DNA of 64,000 bases from Candidatus Woesearchaeota archaeon (GTDB lineage Archaea > Nanobdellota > Nanobdellia > CAZCWL01 > CAZQAZ01): assembly GCA_964591855.1 (NCBI GenBank), contig CAZQAZ010000001.1, positions 7,591-71,590 on the forward strand. Direction: 5' to 3'. The position numbers and the translations under genes were made by a program. Positions 57,801-64,000 of the stretch are shown one piece after another. The number at the start of each line of letters is the position of its first letter. Within the stretch, counting starts at the first letter, position 1. The notes beneath the pieces were generated by a model, which saw only the letters and a list, made by a program, of their open reading frames with translations, had not been told where the DNA came from and did not search any database.

Positions 57801-59147
57801 TCTATACAGAATACTACATTTAGTATAAATTTAGTCGGTTTAAACTCATCAGTTCTATATTACTATTCGGTAAACTGTACGGATCTCGCAGGCAACTCTG
57901 TGGAGTCATCTATTTCAAACTTTACGACAGCTGAGAGTGTGTACGAAACCCTTGATAATTCCTCTACGAATTATGTAACTATAAATGTTACACAAAATGG
58001 AGTAGTATACAAGTTGGTGGAGTTTGAATTGAATGTTAAGGAAAGCACTTCTGCAAGTATAAATGTCACGAAATACAGCAGTAATCCTGAGTCTGTGGGT
58101 TTGGGTGTTAACTCTCTTAATAAGTATATCTCTATAGACTCAAATTTAAATTCGAGTAAGATAGACTATGTCATTATTAAAGTTTACTACACAGATTCGG
58201 AGGTACCAGAGGGTGTAGACGAATCTTCACTGAGATTATACTGGTTTAATGAGTCAAGTAACGAGTGGGAAAGAGTTCCTGGTGGGGTGGATACTGTAAA
58301 TAATTATGTTTGGGGGAACACTACACACTTTAGTACTTATGGTATAGGAGGTTTGCTAGCAAATGGTCAAAGTTGTTCCTCAAATTCAGAATGCGCTTCA
58401 GGTATCTGTTGTGAGGGTTTATGTTCGTCTACATGTGGAGCCGAAGCAGAAACAGGAGGAGCGGGAGCTGGGGTAGATTTAGATAGCTATTTCTGGTTCT
58501 TTAAGAGTAATGTGCAGGCAGGAGAGACTGTGGATATAGATGTAAATAAACCTGAAAATCCTATTGGTAGCATAAAAATTAGGTTTGGCACAAGTGTAGA
58601 CAATATAAGGATTAATATCCTTAAACTACACTACAAGCCAATGGGGCTTCCTGACTTGTTGGATGTTTATTCTTATATAAGTATCTTACACTCAGGCCTA
58701 GAAGAACAGAATATCGAGAAAGCAGAGATAAACTTTAAGGTGGACAAGAGATGGCTTTTAGATAGAGGTTATGATAAGTTGGGTATTGTTCTTGCAAGAT
58801 ATGAGAAGGGAGAGTGGACGGATCTAAGTACGGACTTTGTTAAGGAGGATAGCGATTACTATTACTACAAAGCGGAGACTCCTGGATTTTCGTATTTCGC
58901 AATAAGGTATGAAGAGCCGGAGGGCGTGGAGGAGCAACCACGACCTACCGTTGTTGAGCCAACAGGGCCAACAAAGGAAGAGGAAGAGTCAGCCAAGCAG
59001 CCGGTAAAGAATGTAACAGAGCAGGTGGTAAGTGAGGAAAAGAAGCATAATTATGTTTATACAGTAATACTCATATTACTTATTGTGTTAATCTCAGCCT
59101 TTCTCTTTGCGATAAAGGGAAGGTTCTTAGCGAAGGGTAGACGCTAA
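54883..59147 (+). CDS. Giant type-I membrane-anchored, sequon-dense cell-surface protein (1421 aa; S-layer/adhesin-like).
   Basis: Start ATG 54883 (MDLYKNIFSLVAFLILLGAIFATS, signal peptide). The track start 54738 would overlap eif2a. Very dense NxT/S sequons. Cys-rich EGF-like GQSCSSNSECASGICCEGLCSSTCG. An E/K/P/T-rich stalk. C-terminal TM VYTVILILLIVLISAFLFAI plus basic tail KGRFLAKGRR. Confidence 0.75.
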
Positions 59148-59157
59148 TTCTATAGAT

Positions 59158-59349
59158 TCATTTTAGAACATAGCCACAATGTGGACACACCCACTTATAT
59201 TTGAAGTATATCATTTTCTTTCCACACCTAGGACACTTAACAACAGGCTCTTCTTCATCTTCTATTTGATTGTAGACAAGTGTAGCAACTATTGATAGGA
59301 ACACTACAAGTACGAAGAAAGCCACAGCGTAGACGAACTCTAATATCAT
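59158..59349 (-). CDS. Small membrane protein with C-terminal zinc ribbon (hypothetical).
   Basis: 63 aa. N-terminal TM (AVAFFVLVVFLSIVATLVY), then CPRCG...CPHCG. Confidence 0.4.
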   Translation of the reverse strand: MILEFVYAVAFFVLVVFLSIVATLVYNQIEDEEEPVVKCPRCGKKMIYFKYKWVCPHCGYVLK

Positions 59350-59442
59350 AAATCTAAGTAAAGCTCATATAATTTAAGTCTTTCTCTATTAGATGCACTT
59401 TACTACACAAAATCTTAAAAAGCTACACTTGGGTTTAGAAGT

Positions 59443-60711
59443 ATGAATCTCTCAGACGTAATAAAGTACTACACAAACAAAGAGGTACGTAAAGAGATAG
59501 CAAGAGTATCAAAGAATAGGGAAGTTGTTGGGAGATTCTTGACAGGAGAATTCATGTCAAGACCAAGTACCATAAGTTATGAGCAAGAAGTACTAGACTT
59601 AGTAAGGAAAGGAGTATCTTCTTTTCACATGTCAGAGGAAAGATGGTCAAATCCCCTTCAGTTAAGAAGTGACATGTCTAGAAAGGAGTTGGATGAGCTA
59701 AGAATAGGTTGGGACCTTGTACTAGACATTGACTCAAAACATATAGAGTTTGGTAAGCTATGCGCTTTTTATGTTGAAGAGCTCTTAGAGTTTCATGGGG
59801 TTACCCATTACTCCATCAAGTTTTCTGGTGGGAAGGGGTTCCATATAGCTATTCCATACGAGTCTTTCCCAGAGAAAGTGGGAGGTAAGAATGTTAAGGA
59901 CTTGTTCCCAGAGGCTTCGAGAATAATAGCCACATACATTCAAGAGCAAATAAATCCATTACTAACAGAAGCTATACTTGATAAGTATAGCCTCAAAGAC
60001 ATCGAGACCATGTCTGGTGTTAAGTTCGAATCCGAAGACAAGTTTGATGTCACGAAGATCGTTAGCTTGGATCCGGTTGCCATATCCTCAAGACACATGA
60101 TAAGAATGCCTTACTCTTTGAATGAGAAAACATGGTTGGTTTCGATCCCTATTAAAAAGGGATCCGCCTTGAAGTTTAAGTTAGAGGAGGCAGATCCTAA
60201 AAAAGTGGTAGTTAAGTATAGGTTCTTAGACACTTACAAGGAAGGAGAGGCTGAGAACCTATTCATAGAGGCTTTTGATTTCAAGCCTAAGACTGCAGAA
60301 ACAAGTAACGTTTCCCAATCCAAACCAGAGTTTAAGTTCATATTCCCTAAAGAAAAGATTACGGACAAGAACATCTTCCCACCTTGCATAAGAAACATTC
60401 TTAAGGGTATGGAGGATGGGAGGAAAAGGTCTTTATTCATACTTATAAATTACTTTAAGCTTTTGGGTTGGGACTGGGACACTATAACAAATGAGATCTT
60501 AGAATGGAACAAGAGAAATAAAGAACCTTTAAGCATGAGATACATAAAATCTCAACTCTCATACTACAAAAGAAGAAAAGATTACATGATACCAAACTGT
60601 TCCTCAGAAAACTTTTACAAAGATTTAAATATATGCACACCTGATAATACTTGTAAGCGCATTAAGAACCCAATTAACTATTCTTATAAAAAAGTGAGGT
60701 ATAGACGATGA
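59443..60711 (+). CDS. priS: DNA primase small (catalytic) subunit PriS.
   Basis: 422 aa. Catalytic motifs DLVLDIDSKH and FSGGKGFHIAIPY (the SGGRGYH-type motif) are typical of archaeo-eukaryotic primase p41, with a Cys-containing C-terminal extension. Confidence 0.75.
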   Translation: MNLSDVIKYYTNKEVRKEIARVSKNREVVGRFLTGEFMSRPSTISYEQEVLDLVRKGVSSFHMSEERWSNPLQLRSDMSRKELDELRIGWDLVLDIDSKHIEFGKLCAFYVEELLEFHGVTHYSIKFSGGKGFHIAIPYESFPEKVGGKNVKDLFPEASRIIATYIQEQINPLLTEAILDKYSLKDIETMSGVKFESEDKFDVTKIVSLDPVAISSRHMIRMPYSLNEKTWLVSIPIKKGSALKFKLEEADPKKVVVKYRFLDTYKEGEAENLFIEAFDFKPKTAETSNVSQSKPEFKFIFPKEKITDKNIFPPCIRNILKGMEDGRKRSLFILINYFKLLGWDWDTITNEILEWNKRNKEPLSMRYIKSQLSYYKRRKDYMIPNCSSENFYKDLNICTPDNTCKRIKNPINYSYKKVRYRR

Positions 60712-61253
60712 AAGACATACTTACATATCAGGAGATAAGAGAAGTCCATGCAAAGGAGGATAAAACCTCCTCCTTGCAGAAACTAGATGAAGACTTCTTT
60801 AAGAGAGTTAATATGTATCTCAAGCAGAAGTATCAGATGCTATCAAAAATTGAGGAGAAGAAAGATAATGTTTTCTCCCAAACTTCTAAGCGTAAGATAG
60901 AGAAAGAAATAAGCAACGTATTAAATGTGTTTAAAAACATAATCCAACTAAGGGAGAAGAAGATAGCCATGAGAGCCTTGCTTGACGCAAGGCTTGGCAC
61001 AGAATCCACAACAAACATGACTCCATTGGAGGTAAAGCTCTATAAGAGTTTGTTGAGTTTGTTTAAAGACTTTGAGAAAGAGTTTGAAGCCAAGTCTAAA
61101 TCAGACCTTGTTAAGGTCAGATTCTTAAAAGACACCCCAAAGTTTAAATGGAGAGGTAAGGTATACGGCCCATATGAGAAAGGCAAAGAGTATGAGCTAT
61201 CCATGGTCTTAGCGGACATGTTAATCAAAGGAAAGAAAGCCGAAAAAGTTTAA
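60708..61253 (+). CDS. gins51: GINS subunit Gins51 (Gins15).
   Basis: 181 aa. MTPLEVKLYKSLLSLF and GKVYGPYEKGKEYELSMVLADMLI align with archaeal Gins51 A/B-domain motifs. The gene sits in the conserved position directly downstream of priS; start overlaps the priS stop. Confidence 0.55.
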   Translation: MKDILTYQEIREVHAKEDKTSSLQKLDEDFFKRVNMYLKQKYQMLSKIEEKKDNVFSQTSKRKIEKEISNVLNVFKNIIQLREKKIAMRALLDARLGTESTTNMTPLEVKLYKSLLSLFKDFEKEFEAKSKSDLVKVRFLKDTPKFKWRGKVYGPYEKGKEYELSMVLADMLIKGKKAEKV

Positions 61254-61261
61254 AACCCCAA

Positions 61262-61274
61262 AAAGTTTATAAAT
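61262..61274 (+). promoter_or_regulatory. BRE/TATA-like promoter element upstream of rpl44e-rps27e.
   Basis: aaagTTTATAAAt about 24 nt upstream of the L44e ATG. Purine-rich BRE-like aaag followed by a TATA box consensus. Confidence 0.4.
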
Positions 61275-61297
61275 CCACTAATTAATAGGGAGATAGC

Positions 61298-61591
61298 ATG
61301 AAAATCCCAAAGAAAGTCAATAGGTATTGCCCCTACTGTAAGAAGAAGACAGAACACAAAGTTACAAATGAGAAAAGTGGGGGAAGGAGAGGAGTTTTAG
61401 GTAAGGGTAGAAGGAAGAAGTATAAAATGGAGCATGGATATGGAGGATTTCCTTATCCGAACCCCCAAAAGTCTACAAGATGGGGAATAAAACAGTCTAA
61501 GAAGACCAATTTAAGGTACAAGTGTACAGTTTGTGGCAAGATTAGTGTTCAAAAATCAGGTGTTAGAGCTAAGAAGGTGGAGTTAGTATGA
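61298..61591 (+). CDS. rpl44e: 50S ribosomal protein L44e.
   Basis: 97 aa. [13 protein letters not shown]...KCTVCGK zinc ribbon and basic composition typical of L44e. Confidence 0.85.
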   Translation: MKIPKKVNRYCPYCKKKTEHKVTNEKSGGRRGVLGKGRRKKYKMEHGYGGFPYPNPQKSTRWGIKQSKKTNLRYKCTVCGKISVQKSGVRAKKVELV

Positions 61592-61770
61592 AGGACAGAG
61601 AATGTAGATCAAGGTTCCTAAGGGTAAGATGTCCTAAGTGTAAGAATGAACAAATAATATTTGGTAAGGCTTCATCTGAGGTTAAATGTTTAGTTTGTGG
61701 TAATGTACTTGGTATCCCAACAGGTGGAAAAACCAAACTTAAAGCAAGAGTTCTCGAGGTCTTAAACTAA
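61588..61770 (+). CDS. rps27e: 30S ribosomal protein S27e.
   Basis: 60 aa. [32 protein letters not shown] is the C4 zinc finger of S27e. Start overlaps the L44e stop (ATGA). Confidence 0.85.
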   Translation: MKDRECRSRFLRVRCPKCKNEQIIFGKASSEVKCLVCGNVLGIPTGGKTKLKARVLEVLN

Positions 61771-61814
61771 AATCCTACTAAAAGTTTATAAGTAATACTT
61801 TCCTTTCTTTTATT

Positions 61815-62645
61815 ATGAAAAGGATATTATTTCTCCTAATACCCGTGCTCTTAATGGGTACAGTATTTGCATTCAACATAGATGTAGGAATAGACCTTAA
61901 ACCTCCAATAGTAGGTAAAGATGGAGCACAAATGCCTGGTCAAAGTGAAGAAACAACTCCAGTTGTAGCGAACATGACTAACTGTATAGACTCGGACGGA
62001 AAAGACAACTTCAACACAACAGGAGTCGTAACTGCAGAATATGACAACGGCGCAGTAAGAGTGTTTCAAGACAAATGTGCTTTCATAGACGGCAAGTGGG
62101 TAGCAGTAGACTTTTACTGTGGTGATGAAGGTCCAAACTACACAGTAAAGGAGTGTCCTTGTTTCGCAGGAAGGTGCTTAAACAAGCCACTTTTGGGAGT
62201 AAAAGGAAAAATACTTAATGTAACAGAAAAAGTGCAGAATGTTAGCAACAAAGTTCAGATGAGAGTAGAAGCAGAAATACAAAAGAGTAAAGTTAACATC
62301 ACAATAACGGAAGAGAACGGAACTTACACAAAGATTATAGAGACCCCAGCAGTAAAGATCATAACAACCAAAGAAGTAGACGTTGAGAATGGAACCTTGA
62401 GAATAAATAAAGTGGTCATTAATCCAGACAGGATAGTAAACATCACAAAGACTATAAATGTAAACATAACAGAATTACAGGTCGAAGAGGAAGGGAACAA
62501 AACAGTCCTTGTTGGACACGCAGTAGAGAAAAGGAAATTATTTGGATTCATACCGGTAAGAATGAGAACTACAGTTAAGATAGACCCAATAACAGATTCC
62601 ATAATAGAACATAAGAAGCCATGGTGGGCATTCTTAGCAGTATAA
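61815..62645 (+). CDS. Secreted hypothetical protein.
   Basis: 276 aa. Signal peptide ILFLLIPVLLMGTVFA, several Cys, sequons, hydrophobic C-terminus WWAFLAV. Confidence 0.45.
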   Translation: MKRILFLLIPVLLMGTVFAFNIDVGIDLKPPIVGKDGAQMPGQSEETTPVVANMTNCIDSDGKDNFNTTGVVTAEYDNGAVRVFQDKCAFIDGKWVAVDFYCGDEGPNYTVKECPCFAGRCLNKPLLGVKGKILNVTEKVQNVSNKVQMRVEAEIQKSKVNITITEENGTYTKIIETPAVKIITTKEVDVENGTLRINKVVINPDRIVNITKTINVNITELQVEEEGNKTVLVGHAVEKRKLFGFIPVRMRTTVKIDPITDSIIEHKKPWWAFLAV

Positions 62646-62679
62646 AAACTTTTAAAAGCTTATTTCTTATTTTTTCTTT

Positions 62680-64000
62680 ATGGATTTCGAGCCCATAGAG
62701 AAAAAGTGGCAAGAAAGATGGGAGAAGGAAGGCGTATACAAAACTTCTATAGACAAGTCTAAGCCGAAATTCTTTATGATCTTTGCATATCCAGGTGTAT
62801 CTGGATTTCTACACGTAGGACACATGCGTGGCTACACTTACACAGACGTGATCACAAGATACAAGAGAATGAGAGGTTACAATGTTCTCTTCCCAGTAGG
62901 AGTTCATGCTTCAGGAAATATAGCAATAGCTTTCTATCAGAAAGTCAAAAACAAAGATCCAAAATGGATTGAATACCTCAAAGAAAATGGGGCCACAGAT
63001 GAAGACCTTAACAAGATGACGTCCCCAGAGGCTGTTGTGGATTACTTTGTTAATGTGTACGTTAATGAATACTGGAAGAAGTTTGGTTTTCTAGCAGATT
63101 GGGAGAGATTCACATGCACAATTTACCCTGAATACAATAAATTCATCCAATGGCAGTTTAGGAAGCTAAAGGAAAAGGGCCTAATAGTCCAAAAGCCATA
63201 TTATGCTACTTTCTGTCCAAAATGTGGTCCAGTAGCTGTGGATCCTTCACAAACAGACATAAGCAAAGGAGGTAATGCTGAGAAACAAGAGTTTACCCTT
63301 CTTAAGTTTAAGATGGGTGATGTGTACTTAATTGCTGCAACCTTAAGACCAGAAACAGTCTATGGCCAAACAAATATGTGGGTAAGACCTGACATAACCT
63401 ATGTTAAGATAAAGGTTGGAGACGAAATATGGGTTGTGTCAAGAGAAGCTGCAGAGAAGTTAAAGTACCAAAAGGAAGGAATAGAGATCGTAGGCGAAGT
63501 AAAAGGAGAGGAGCTTATTGGAAAGAAAGCTTTAGCTCCAGGTGTTAACAGAGAAATAATAATTCTTCCATCAAGTTTCGTTGATCCAAACTTTGGTACA
63601 GGAATAGTAACATCTGTCCCATCGGATGCTCCATATGATTATATTGCACTTGAAGACTTAAAGAAGGATGAAGAGACATTAAGAAAGTATGGCATTGATC
63701 CAGAGGAAGTAAGGTCCATTCAACTCATACCAATAATAGAAACCCCCGGATGGGGAAAATTCCCAGCTAAAGAGATTGTTGAGAAGATGGGGATTAAAAA
63801 CCAGAATGATCCTAAACTAAAAGAAGCAACGCAGGTCATATACAAAGAAGGATTTCACAAGGGTAAGATGATTGGAGACACACCTTACTCTGGAATGAGT
63901 GTTGAAGAGGCTAAAGAGAAAGTTAAGCAAGATCTTATCAATCAAGGATTGGCAGACATAATGTACGAGCTTTCAGAGGAAGTTATATGTAGATGTGGGG
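62680..64000 (+). CDS. leuS: Leucyl-tRNA synthetase, 3'-truncated at the window edge. Not in the ORF track.
   Basis: Open frame from ATG 62680 to the window end: MDFEPIEKKWQERWEKEGVYK...FMIFAYPGVSGFLHVGHMRGYTYTDVITRYKRMRGYNVLFPVGVHASG. Class I HIGH-type (HVGH) motif with archaeal LeuRS-like context. Confidence 0.8.
   Translation, partial: MDFEPIEKKWQERWEKEGVYKTSIDKSKPKFFMIFAYPGVSGFLHVGHMRGYTYTDVITRYKRMRGYNVLFPVGVHASGNIAIAFYQKVKNKDPKWIEYLKENGATDEDLNKMTSPEAVVDYFVNVYVNEYWKKFGFLADWERFTCTIYPEYNKFIQWQFRKLKEKGLIVQKPYYATFCPKCGPVAVDPSQTDISKGGNAEKQEFTLLKFKMGDVYLIAATLRPETVYGQTNMWVRPDITYVKIKVGDEIWVVSREAAEKLKYQKEGIEIVGEVKGEELIGKKALAPGVNREIIILPSSFVDPNFGTGIVTSVPSDAPYDYIALEDLKKDEETLRKYGIDPEEVRSIQLIPIIETPGWGKFPAKEIVEKMGIKNQNDPKLKEATQVIYKEGFHKGKMIGDTPYSGMSVEEAKEKVKQDLINQGLADIMYELSEEVICRCG

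Noticed and set aside
1-64000. CRISPR arrays or other short interspersed direct repeats.
   Set aside because: No regularly spaced short repeats were seen. The only notable nucleotide repeats are the 131-nt and 36-nt blocks shared by the ORF2 C-terminus and its downstream paralog.

Overview
This is an AT-rich archaeal window. The tRNAs are GC-rich, and the proteins are K/E/I-rich and use archaeal-type translation and replication genes (L15e, NAC-alpha, Rpp21, aIF-2alpha, Nop10, PriS, Gins, L44e, S27e, SecD/SecF, diphthine-ammonia ligase). Together these suggest a (hyper)thermophilic euryarchaeon; L15e resembles the Thermococcales type, but no strain can be named.

Three giant genes for sequon-dense cell-surface proteins (about 4354, 2370 and 1421 aa) occupy roughly 38% of the window. 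Two of them share a KCKDWD-containing module of about 80 aa that I do not recognise.

Other features:
- An island of small secreted and membrane-anchored proteins, several with CARDB-like N-terminal domains.
- One small gene that duplicates the C-terminus of a giant protein, including a 131-nt identical block.
- A compact family-B DNA-polymerase-like gene with intact exonuclease motifs and a degenerate motif C. It sits divergently from an operon encoding a Cys-rich putative PD-(D/E)xK nuclease.
- Four tRNAs (Ser-CGA, Gln-CTG, Arg-CCT, Arg-GCG).
- A rearranged copy of the conserved archaeal priS-gins-L44e-S27e / aIF2alpha-nop10-PAC2 neighbourhood, split by a giant surface-protein gene.
- Two genes absent from the ORF track: nop10 (GTG start) and a 5'-truncated leuS at the 3' edge.

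All calls rest on reading the translated ORFs and the nucleotide sequence by eye. No database searches were possible.
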